Of a stretch of 64,000 nucleotides of DNA, positions 7,442 through 15,992 are shown one piece after another (position 1 is the first letter of the stretch; every line of letters begins with the position of its first letter). The stretch is from an uncultured Sunxiuqinia sp. Its GTDB lineage: Bacteria > Bacteroidota > Bacteroidia > Bacteroidales > Prolixibacteraceae. The stretch is taken from contig CAXXES010000001.1 in NCBI GenBank assembly GCA_963677175.2, forward strand, positions 946,444 through 1,010,443, written 5' to 3'. The translations under genes and the position numbers were made by a program. The notes beneath the pieces are model-generated. The model was given only the letters and a program-made list of their open reading frames with translations, searched no databases and was not told the origin of the DNA.

Positions 7442-7984
7442 CTATTTTGTCAGGCTAATTTTCTTAATGGTGTTTGGGTTTACCTCCAGCGATTTCATGA
7501 CTGAGTTGAGGCTATTGATATCAATGGATTTATTCAGCACAACCTCAGCAGGCAATACAGCGACCCTAAAAACTTGATTGTCGGTCCACTCCGATGAAAG
7601 TTCATTAACTGTTGCAGTTAAAAAGATCTCGACAGAGGCCATGGTGTAATCAAAGTTGTATTGGATCAGGCCATCCTCCATAATAGCGGTTTGCGGCAAC
7701 GCTCGCCAAAGATTGAGTATTTCTCCACCTTCTTCGACCTGATCCCAACGGATATAAACCATCACGATATCCGTGTCGTTGACTTTTAAGTTGGATGGAA
7801 ACGCACTAAATAGGGTAAATTTGTTTGCTGTGGTAAAACTACCGTCAACTTGAAAGACACTTCCAAGCAGGGAAGTACCATCTTTGCCGTTTTCGCCGTC
7901 AAGTCCGGCAGGACCCGTTGGACCTTCGCAGGAAGAGAAGACAGCCAATGCTAGAATTAAAAAAAGACTGGTAATTGTTTTCAT
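7442..7984 (-). CDS. hypothetical lipoprotein with a short collagen-like G-X-Y run
   Basis: Signal peptide plus lipobox (LAVFSSC). GPTGPAGLDGENGKDG = five G-X-Y triplets right after the Cys. Own terminator. No family recognised. Confidence 0.6.
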   Translation of the reverse strand: MKTITSLFLILALAVFSSCEGPTGPAGLDGENGKDGTSLLGSVFQVDGSFTTANKFTLFSAFPSNLKVNDTDIVMVYIRWDQVEEGGEILNLWRALPQTAIMEDGLIQYNFDYTMASVEIFLTATVNELSSEWTDNQVFRVAVLPAEVVLNKSIDINSLNSVMKSLEVNPNTIKKISLTK

Positions 7985-8212
7985 GTGCTTATTTTTTAAT
8001 GATGTTTAACAATGTTTTCGTACACTACACAAGATTAATGCCAGAAGTGTTCGCGATGGCTCCATTCAGCAACAAGGCCCGCTAATGAATCAGCACGGTG
8101 CTATCCATATCCGGTTTTTCGCCGGGCACTTCTTCCACTATTTTATACTGAAGGCTACTGGCCGTTTCTACAACGCCTTCCTTTTTCCGATTTTGTAGCA
8201 AAAGTCAACACC

Positions 8213-9529
8213 TTAGCTCCCGCTAAAATCAACGCCTTCGAACACCATGGAAGGAGTTTGCCACGATGAGCTCAGGTTAGCATCGTTTCCAACTTCGACC
8301 AAACTCATCCACAAATCTTTCATGTTTCCGCTGATGTTCATTTCTGAAACCGGTTGGATAATTTCGCCATTTTCAATCAGGAAACCATCAATTCCGTAGG
8401 AATAATCGCCGGTTGAACCGTTGGTGTTGCCACCATTAAATCCGGTCACCAAAATGCCTTTTTTCATTCCTTTGATTAGTCCGTCCAAATCCTTGTCGCC
8501 GGTTTCAAAAATCAAATTGGAGGTTTCGCCCGTGGTCGGTTCCACACCCAGTTTCTTCGCATAATAAGTATCAATGAAGTAGGTTTCCAAGATGCCCTGA
8601 TCAAAAACCTGCCGTTTTTTTGAAGCCAGTCCTTCGCCATCAAACAACCTGGAGTCCAGGCCTCCTGAGATTAGCGGATCATCGGTCAAGCTTAATTTTC
8701 CGGACCCCACTTTTTTGCCCAATTGATCAATCAAAAATGAATTCTTCTGCTGAATATTGTAGCCGTTCAAGGCGGCCATCAAAGGAGAAAAAAGGCGCGG
8801 AACCGTTCTGTTCTCCACCAACATGGCATATTTGCCAGAGTTGATTTTCGCCTGGCCTATTTTCTTTAATGCCCGGTCCAGCGCCGTGGTTCCAATGTCC
8901 GACCTTTTTAGGTGCTCAAAAAAGATGGCCCGTTCGCTCCATGCTTCACTTGGGCGCGCATCGCCACCATCAACCGAAACCGAAGCATACAGGCTAAAGC
9001 TACTGTTGGCTGTTTCACCTTCAAAACCGTTACTGGTCACCAGCAGACGGCTGCTGGTGCTGTCGCCATAACCGGCTGTAATCGAAATAATACGGTCATC
9101 TTTTTTATAAGCTTCCTGTTCTACCTGAAAAGCCAGATCGACCTTGGTTTTTGGATCGATGTTATCATACGACTGATCAACCGTACCCAAATCCTGGTTG
9201 CTGCCCTGGTAGTACAAGCCGGCATCGGGCAGTGAGCGGAACGGATCGGGCGACAGGTATCTGGTTCCCGCAATGGCTTGCTCAATGAAGTGAGCCAGCT
9301 CCTTTTTATCCAACCGGTTGGTTCGGTGCGCCGAATACTTGTGATCAACAAATAAGCGGACGCTCAAACTACTCTGAATGGCTTCTTTCAACGTGTCGAT
9401 CTTTTGTTCCCGAACATCCACATTGCTGTTTTTACTTTGCGAAATAATAATGCTTGCTTCATCGGCTCCATGCTCCAAGGCATGTTGCATTGCCCATTTG
9501 GCCAGGTTATATTTTTCTTGTTGTGTCAT
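8213..9529 (-). CDS. pmbA: PmbA/TldE-family metalloprotease partner subunit
   Basis: 438 aa of TldD/PmbA-fold sequence without the HExxxH motif, 35 nt downstream of tldD. C-terminal GGNTNGSTGDYS...PVSEMNISGN is typical of the family. Confidence 0.8.
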   Translation of the reverse strand: MTQQEKYNLAKWAMQHALEHGADEASIIISQSKNSNVDVREQKIDTLKEAIQSSLSVRLFVDHKYSAHRTNRLDKKELAHFIEQAIAGTRYLSPDPFRSLPDAGLYYQGSNQDLGTVDQSYDNIDPKTKVDLAFQVEQEAYKKDDRIISITAGYGDSTSSRLLVTSNGFEGETANSSFSLYASVSVDGGDARPSEAWSERAIFFEHLKRSDIGTTALDRALKKIGQAKINSGKYAMLVENRTVPRLFSPLMAALNGYNIQQKNSFLIDQLGKKVGSGKLSLTDDPLISGGLDSRLFDGEGLASKKRQVFDQGILETYFIDTYYAKKLGVEPTTGETSNLIFETGDKDLDGLIKGMKKGILVTGFNGGNTNGSTGDYSYGIDGFLIENGEIIQPVSEMNISGNMKDLWMSLVEVGNDANLSSSWQTPSMVFEGVDFSGS

Positions 9530-9564
9530 TTTTATACAATTTTTTCTGATGAAGGTTCATTGGC

Positions 9565-11091
9565 TTAACTCATGCCGCCAACAGTTAATTTTTTAACCAA
9601 TACCGTAGGCAATCCGCAGGTTACTGGCACCGTTTGTCCGGATTTTCCGCAACTCCATGTTCCGTTGTCCATCAAATAATCATCAGCGCACATGGTGATG
9701 TCGGCCAAAGCCTGCGGCCCATTTCCGATGATGTTGATATCGTTAATCGGCTGGGTCAGTTTGCCATTTTCAATCAGGTAGCCCGACTTTACAAAGAAGG
9801 TAAAATCGCCGGCGCCAATTTTCACCTGCCCATTGCTGAAATTATCAACGTAAATTCCCTGTTTCACCTGGCTAATGATTTCGTCTTTTGAATGGGGACC
9901 GGTTTCCATATAGGTAGCCCGCATGCGAGGCAGCGGCACATGTCGAAAGGATTCGCGCCGTCCGTTTCCGGTGGGATTCACTCCATAGTGCCGGGCACTG
10001 ATCCGGTCGTGGATGTAACTGTTCAACACCCCGTCTTTGACCAAATAGGTCTTTTCAACGGCATGACCTTCATCGTCACAGTTGATGGAACCACGATTTT
10101 CGGGCAGCGTTCCGTCGTCAATAATATTCACAAAGCTTTCGGCTACTTTCTTGCCCATTTTATCCGCAAAAATCGATGTTCCCTTTCGGTTGAAATCCGC
10201 CTCAAAGGTATGGCCGATCGCTTCATGTAGCAAAATCCCGGAGCCACCTGCTCCCATCACTACGGGCATTTCGCCTGCTTTTGGCTTCGTGGCTTCAAAC
10301 AGCAGCGAAGTGCGGTCAACCACTTCCTGTGCCAACTCATCGACCACCTTGTCATTTAAAAACTCAAAGCCTTTGCGAAATGAGCGGGACGAATAGCCAT
10401 TCTCCATCTGTCCATCTTTTTCCATCACGCAAAACGTACCTAAACTAACCATTGGCCGGTAATCGTAACTGATCACGCCTTCGGAACTGTAAAATAACAC
10501 GTAGGCAGTTTCATCAGTTAAGCTGGCATTAACTTTGGAAACCCGGCTGTCCATGGCAAAAACTTTGTCGTTTATGGCCTGAATAAAAGGGATTTTCTCG
10601 GGAACAGTCGCCTCTTCCCACGAACGACTGATGGCGTAGTAATCGGCTGGCACTGCTTCTATAATTTCCTGCGCAGGCACCGCTTTGCTTCCGCTGGCGA
10701 TGTTGGCTGCCGTGTTAGCTGCTTTCATTAGCGCTTCGGAAGTAATGGTTTCAGAGTAAGCAAAGCCAGTCTGGTCACCTTTCAGCACACGAATGCCAAC
10801 GCCAAAATCAACATTGGAGAATGCCCTGTTCACATTCCCGTCTTCCAGGGCCAGGCTATTCAGCGTCTTGTGTTCAAAAAAAAGGTCAGCGTAGTCGCCA
10901 CCTTTACTCAGTGCCTTTTCTGTTACTTTTCGAAGCAGTTGGAGGTTCACGCCGAAATGATCCAGGTACGCCTGAATTTCGGCAGACAAAGGATTTCCCT
11001 GACACGACTGAGCAAACGCAGGCAGGAGTATACTCCCTGCAACAGCCGAACCGGAAGTCTTTAAAAAATTTCTTCGGTCAATGTTTGTCAT
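9565..11091 (-). CDS. tldD: TldD-family zinc metalloprotease with twin-arginine (Tat) signal peptide
   Basis: HEAIGHTFE (HExxxH) motif and TldD-like C-terminal glycine-rich segments. N-terminus MTNIDRRNFLKTSGSAVAGSILLPAFAQS matches the S/T-R-R-x-F-L-K Tat consensus. Confidence 0.85.
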   Translation of the reverse strand: MTNIDRRNFLKTSGSAVAGSILLPAFAQSCQGNPLSAEIQAYLDHFGVNLQLLRKVTEKALSKGGDYADLFFEHKTLNSLALEDGNVNRAFSNVDFGVGIRVLKGDQTGFAYSETITSEALMKAANTAANIASGSKAVPAQEIIEAVPADYYAISRSWEEATVPEKIPFIQAINDKVFAMDSRVSKVNASLTDETAYVLFYSSEGVISYDYRPMVSLGTFCVMEKDGQMENGYSSRSFRKGFEFLNDKVVDELAQEVVDRTSLLFEATKPKAGEMPVVMGAGGSGILLHEAIGHTFEADFNRKGTSIFADKMGKKVAESFVNIIDDGTLPENRGSINCDDEGHAVEKTYLVKDGVLNSYIHDRISARHYGVNPTGNGRRESFRHVPLPRMRATYMETGPHSKDEIISQVKQGIYVDNFSNGQVKIGAGDFTFFVKSGYLIENGKLTQPINDINIIGNGPQALADITMCADDYLMDNGTWSCGKSGQTVPVTCGLPTVLVKKLTVGGMS

Positions 11092-11460
11092 TTTGAGTGA
11101 ATTTATCGGATTGTAAGTTTTTCTATCCTAATTGAAAAGAATAGCTGTCAATAGAATAAGTGCTATTCGAACGATTAAAATTACGCAATGACAAATTAAA
11201 ATAAACCAATTCGTCCAACTTTCTTTTCCGAAGAAGATTGAAAGAGACTGACCTCAAAAAGCATAAGGACATTGAAAACTGGGGGCAACAAGAAAAAAAG
11301 ACTTTATTTTTCATTTCTTCTATTCTCTTTTCAGCCATACAGCAGCAGCAAAACATGTATTCAAACTGCTATGCCTATTAAAAAACAAGGGTGTTAAAAA
11401 AAAGTAAAACTCTATATGAATTTTGTATTAACTTTTTACAAATTGACTCGTTATTATTTA

Positions 11461-11487
11461 TATTTTTGTCCGTTCGTTCTATTTTTG
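11461..11487 (+). promoter_or_regulatory. two candidate -7 promoter boxes (TATTTTTG) upstream of the GSII gene
   Basis: tatttttg at 11461-11468 and 11480-11487 match TAnnTTTG, 50-75 nt upstream of the ATG at 11537. Confidence 0.3.
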
Positions 11488-11536
11488 ACATCAAATTTTC
11501 GAAAAAACACATCGTTAACTTATAAATTGTAACAAG

Positions 11537-12556
11537 ATGAAATCAAAATTGGAGTATATCTGGCTGGATGGATACAAGCCGACTCAAAGCTTAAGGGCAA
11601 AAACAAGAATTGCAGAAAATTTTAGTGGAAAATTAGAGGATTGTCCAGTATGGTCATTTGATGGGTCATCAACTCAACAAGCTACAGGTGGAGCTTCTGA
11701 CTTATTATTGAAACCAGTTGCACTTTACCCTGACCCTGACCGCAACAATGCCTATGTGGTCATGACTGAAGTGTTAAATGCAGATGGTACGCCACATGAG
11801 TCTAATGGCCGGGCGCACGTTGAAGAGGAAGACGAAGATTTTTGGTTTGGTTTCGAACAAGAATATTTCCTGATGGATCCGAAAACGAATAAGCCTCTTG
11901 GATTCCCAGCTGATGGCTACCCTGCTCCCCAGGGACCGTACTATTGCGGTGTAGGTGCTGACAAAGCATTTGGTCGCGACATCGTTGAAGAGCACTTTGA
12001 TATTTGTTTGGAAGCTGGCTTGAACGTGGAAGGAATCAACGCTGAGGTTGCTGCCGGACAATGGGAATTCCAGATTTTTGCTAAAGGAGCACACAATGCT
12101 GGTGATCAAATTTGGGTGGCTCGCTACTTCCTGGAAAGAACTGCTGAGAAATATGGTATTGTTGTTGACTGGCACCCAAAACCACTTGGCAAAGAATTGG
12201 ACTGGAATGGTTCAGGAATGCACGCTAATTTCTCGAACGGTTTGATGCGGACCTGTGGAAACAAAGCTGTATTTGTGGCTATTTGCGAAGAGTTTGGAAA
12301 AAACATCAAAGAACACATCGATGTTTATGGTGCTTACAACGACCAACGTTTAACGGGTCTTCACGAAACTGCTGCCATTACCGACTTCAGCTATGGCGTC
12401 TCTGACCGTGGTTCTTCCATCCGTATTCCGGTAGGAACTGTTGAAGATGGCTGGAAAGGCCGTTTGGAAGACCGTCGCCCTGCATCAAACGGTGATCCTT
12501 ACAAAATTGCTGCTGTGATCATCAAAACAACGCACAAAGCCGTTGCAAAAATATAA
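11537..12556 (+). CDS. glnII: glutamine synthetase type II (eukaryote-like, ~340 aa)
   Basis: LEYIWLDG N-terminus, FGFEQEYFL, GINAEVAAGQWEFQI, GSGMHANFS, RLTGLHETA, SIRIP, LEDRRPASNGDPY. Size and motifs are those of GSII. Confidence 0.88.
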   Translation: MKSKLEYIWLDGYKPTQSLRAKTRIAENFSGKLEDCPVWSFDGSSTQQATGGASDLLLKPVALYPDPDRNNAYVVMTEVLNADGTPHESNGRAHVEEEDEDFWFGFEQEYFLMDPKTNKPLGFPADGYPAPQGPYYCGVGADKAFGRDIVEEHFDICLEAGLNVEGINAEVAAGQWEFQIFAKGAHNAGDQIWVARYFLERTAEKYGIVVDWHPKPLGKELDWNGSGMHANFSNGLMRTCGNKAVFVAICEEFGKNIKEHIDVYGAYNDQRLTGLHETAAITDFSYGVSDRGSSIRIPVGTVEDGWKGRLEDRRPASNGDPYKIAAVIIKTTHKAVAKI

Positions 12557-12581
12557 TCTTGCAAAATCAAGTATATCACAA

Positions 12582-12608
12582 AGCTGTCCCTTGCGGGCAG
12601 CTTTTTTT
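12582..12608 (+). terminator. rho-independent terminator after the GSII gene
   Basis: agctgtccc-ttgc-gggcagct stem followed by T7 (ctttttttat), 25 nt after the stop. Confidence 0.8.
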
Positions 12609-12667
12609 ATGTCCTGGTGCCGACAATGGTTCGGATTGTTTATTTTTGACATTCAAATTGAAAAGCC

Positions 12668-13795
12668 ATGCTACAACAGCAAATAAAAATCAATCATCAA
12701 CTGTTTGAAGAGACCTCCCATTCTCCGGCATTGATCGATATTGTTGGCGAAGAACAACTTGAGCAAGTGATTGACTACTGCTTTATCGCCAACCCCTATT
12801 ACCCGACCGAGGACATGCTGGAGCAATTGAAATCGAAGCTCGGCTCTATCATCAAAGCTTATCCTTCGAGCAATCCCAGGCTGGCACGCCAACACCTGGC
12901 CGAAGTCTTGCAGGTGAACGCCGAATGGCTGGTTTTAGGAAACGGAGCAACTGAACTGATCACGTTGATTGAAAAACACCTGCTTGATGATCTGGCGATT
13001 CCAATCCCCACCTTTAGCGAATATATTGAGAAACTGCGAGCGTCTGATGCTGCCAAATTCTTTCAACTGGATCCGACAAAGAATTACCAACTTGATCTTC
13101 GTGAATTCGCTCGCTGGATCAACGCAAGCAGGATTAACGCCGCGCTGATCATCAACCCCGGCAACCCAACCGGCCAGCTGATGCCAATAAACGAGCTGAG
13201 GTGGTTCTTAAAAGAAATGGCTCACCTGAAACTGATCTTGCTTGATGAGTCCTTTATTGATTTTGCTGATGAGCAGATCCCTAGTCTGCTGCATGATGTA
13301 GAACAATACAACAACTTGATCATTGTGCGAAGCATGAGCAAACACTGCGGAGTACCAGGATTGCGGCTAGGCTATTGTTGCACTTCGAACCAAACATTTT
13401 TGAAAATCCTAAAAGAAGCGCTACCCGTTTGGAACATCAATTCGATTGCCGAATATTTCCTGCTGCAACTGAAAAATACCAACGAAGCTTATCATGAAAC
13501 CCGGATGCATGTGATCCGCGATGTGAGAGACCTATACGAAAAACTAACCAAGCTGCCCGGCTACCAGATTTATCCTACCGGAAGCAACTTCATTCTGATA
13601 AAAATTGAATTTGGGATGAGCGCATTCGATCTGCAAATACAACTGCTCGAGAACTACGGTCTTTACGTACGCGATTGCAGTAACAAAATCGGGCTGGACA
13701 ATCACCATATCCGGGTGGCTTCGCAGGGCAAAGAAAAAGATCAGTTTTTGATTGACGCATTAAAAAAGTTGGCAACGACGAACGCGCACGAATGA
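12668..13795 (+). CDS. class I/II PLP-dependent enzyme, HisC/CobD-like (aminotransferase or phospho-amino-acid decarboxylase)
   Basis: GNGATELI, NPGNPTG, DESFIDF, SMSKHCGVPGLRLGY (PLP lysine), LPVWNINSIAEYF. 375 aa. Confidence 0.8.
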   Translation: MLQQQIKINHQLFEETSHSPALIDIVGEEQLEQVIDYCFIANPYYPTEDMLEQLKSKLGSIIKAYPSSNPRLARQHLAEVLQVNAEWLVLGNGATELITLIEKHLLDDLAIPIPTFSEYIEKLRASDAAKFFQLDPTKNYQLDLREFARWINASRINAALIINPGNPTGQLMPINELRWFLKEMAHLKLILLDESFIDFADEQIPSLLHDVEQYNNLIIVRSMSKHCGVPGLRLGYCCTSNQTFLKILKEALPVWNINSIAEYFLLQLKNTNEAYHETRMHVIRDVRDLYEKLTKLPGYQIYPTGSNFILIKIEFGMSAFDLQIQLLENYGLYVRDCSNKIGLDNHHIRVASQGKEKDQFLIDALKKLATTNAHE

Positions 13796-14044
13796 CGTTT
13801 CAAAGGTAGGCTTCAAATGGTTGCCTCCATTCCCAAGCTGCCGTTTGGAAAGTTTCAGAAATTTACGTCTGTCGCTCCAACCAACCTTATCTCATTTTCA
13901 AATAGTCATCAGCTGTCAGAACCGGCAAGCTTGATAACTTGACACTAATTACTCCGGTTAGACTTTTGACCAGTGGAGATATTCCATCATCTACTTCCTG
14001 CTTGTTTGCCAACGCCTGTAAATAGTTTTCAATCATTTGAACTG

Positions 14045-14893
14045 CTAAAAGCTGGCCACCGTATCGCAAACATAGGTGGGGATGATGCCGGTAGAGTGGA
14101 TTTTCATTTTGGCATTTTCAGGCAAGGTATTACCCGATAAAACCAGTACCGTATCCATTCCAAATTTGTTGCCGCCAATAATATCGGTCAGTAGGGTATC
14201 GCCAACCATCAAAATATCGTCACGATTCAATGCCTGTTTCTGGCAGGCTTTTTCGTAGGCAAACATGAACATCTGCGCGTCGGGTTTTCCAAATCGAATG
14301 AAGTGCCGACCTAAAATATCTTCTACCATATCCGAAATTCCGCCGATCGCGATGGCAATATCAGTACGGTTTAGCGGGTAATTGATATCGGTGTTGGCAA
14401 CAATCACCGACATGTTTTTCTTGCGTAGCAGGTTAATCACCTTGTTGATATCGTTGTTCCAGTCGAACCCTTCGTCATCCAAAAAAACCAGGCATTTAAT
14501 GTCGTCCACGTCATCCAGCCGGAGCTTGCTGATTGGTAAGGTTTCCAATCCGGCCATTTCAATATAGTGAGCTGATTGTTCTGTTCCGAGATAAGCTACG
14601 CACCCCTTTTTAACTTTCAGCTTCAACCAATCGTGCGCCAGCATGCCGGATGAAATAATTTTGTTGGTTGTCAAGCTGGGAATTCCATTAATCTGGTATT
14701 GTCGGGCCAGGTCTTCCGGGCTGCGCGAGGCATCATTGGTCAACACATAATAATCGATTCCCTTTTCATCTAGAAAATCGAAGGTGTTTTCAATACCGGG
14801 AATAATTCCCTTATGATTTTTCAATACCCCGAAAGCATCAAAAAAGACCGCTTTATAATTGGTCACAATGCTTCTGAAATCACTCGTCTTCAT
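14045..14893 (-). CDS. HAD-superfamily subfamily IIA hydrolase (phosphatase-like)
   Basis: Motif I FFDAFGVL, motif II VLTND, motif IV MVGDTLLTDIIGG, cap region between them. 5-nt gap to the upstream kinase gene. Confidence 0.8.
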   Translation of the reverse strand: MKTSDFRSIVTNYKAVFFDAFGVLKNHKGIIPGIENTFDFLDEKGIDYYVLTNDASRSPEDLARQYQINGIPSLTTNKIISSGMLAHDWLKLKVKKGCVAYLGTEQSAHYIEMAGLETLPISKLRLDDVDDIKCLVFLDDEGFDWNNDINKVINLLRKKNMSVIVANTDINYPLNRTDIAIAIGGISDMVEDILGRHFIRFGKPDAQMFMFAYEKACQKQALNRDDILMVGDTLLTDIIGGNKFGMDTVLVLSGNTLPENAKMKIHSTGIIPTYVCDTVASF

Positions 14894-14898
14894 AGGAC

Positions 14899-15942
14899 TT
14901 AAATTTTTAATGCCTTCAATAGTTTATCCACCTGGTAGTGGGTGTCAATGGTCGGAATGTATAATTCATAAGCTTCCTTTTGCAATTTTCGCGCGTACGA
15001 AGGTAAAAAGAAATGGGTTCCGTCCTTAATCACATAGTTTAAAATGAAGAATCGGTAAACTTCCCGGATCAAACGAACTTCAGATTCGTTGAGCGGAAAA
15101 ATGCGGTGATATTCTTTCAGAAACATAATGAAACGGTCCTCCATCAAGGTGTCAATCCCATAGCTAAACACCGTGCGATCGCCCACATCGGACACCACCC
15201 GGCTAAAGAAGTAAAAATCCATCACCCGCGTTGACTCACGAAACCAGTCGTAATCCCAGCGCGAATAAAACTCGCCATCGCCCCGCACAGAAAAGTTACC
15301 AATGTTCCAATCCACAAAAACCGGAATGGTTTCAATCTGAGTTGAATAATTCACCCGGTCGGCCTGCATCAAAAAGGACTCACATTGCTGCTTCACCATA
15401 TCTCGCTGCTCGGTTGTCCCGCAAAACTTGCCCGTGTCGATATTGCGCAACAAGCGATGAATGTCAGTCACCACGGTTTTTGAGGCATTTGGAAGTTGCT
15501 TGCTGACATTGGTGCAGGCCTTATGAAACCTTGCCAACTCGCGCCCCAACTTGCGAATATGCTTTTCCTCCAACCGGCGTGGCATTTTGTATTTTATTTT
15601 GATGGGGTTATAAAAGACGACCCAAGCCGTACTGTTCTGCTCATAATAGCGGTAAATAAACAGGTCGTTTCGCTTAACCAGCGACCTGGCCAGAAAGTTC
15701 TCGTAAGGAGCTTCCAGGTTGTTGGCCAGGTTATTTATAATGACATGATCTTCCTTGAAGTGCTCAAAGTTGCCGTATTCCGATAGCTTGGCAAAAACAG
15801 GCTGTCGATCGTAAAAAGAGATCTTATAGACCTGGTTGGTCGATACATGGGCGCTCACATCGTAAATTCCCTTAATTTCGTGCCGGTCGTCAAACTCAGC
15901 CCAAGCCCGTCGTATAATTTGAAAATAATTGAGCGTCTGCAT
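14899..15942 (-). CDS. APH/choline-kinase/homoserine-kinase-II fold phosphotransferase, divergent
   Basis: 347 aa. Catalytic-loop-like VDWNIGNF and metal-binding-like WDYDW at the spacing expected for the APH fold. N-lobe lysine region VFAKLSE. Confidence 0.6.
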   Translation of the reverse strand: MQTLNYFQIIRRAWAEFDDRHEIKGIYDVSAHVSTNQVYKISFYDRQPVFAKLSEYGNFEHFKEDHVIINNLANNLEAPYENFLARSLVKRNDLFIYRYYEQNSTAWVVFYNPIKIKYKMPRRLEEKHIRKLGRELARFHKACTNVSKQLPNASKTVVTDIHRLLRNIDTGKFCGTTEQRDMVKQQCESFLMQADRVNYSTQIETIPVFVDWNIGNFSVRGDGEFYSRWDYDWFRESTRVMDFYFFSRVVSDVGDRTVFSYGIDTLMEDRFIMFLKEYHRIFPLNESEVRLIREVYRFFILNYVIKDGTHFFLPSYARKLQKEAYELYIPTIDTHYQVDKLLKALKI

Positions 15943-15992
15943 AATCTTTTCTTTTTTCTGAACTCCCCAAAAGTAATCAGAAACGGGAGTTT

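Noticed and set aside
11123-11356. 77-aa Cys-rich ORF (MFCCCCMAEK...) upstream of tldD
   Set aside because: It lies in the AT-rich divergent promoter region, has no recognisable family or signal, and shows no supporting start context. Probably spurious.
13887-14069. 60-aa ORF overlapping the 3' end of the HAD gene
   Set aside because: Sequence looks protein-like from an internal Met (14036), but there is no family match and no independent signal. Not enough evidence to annotate.
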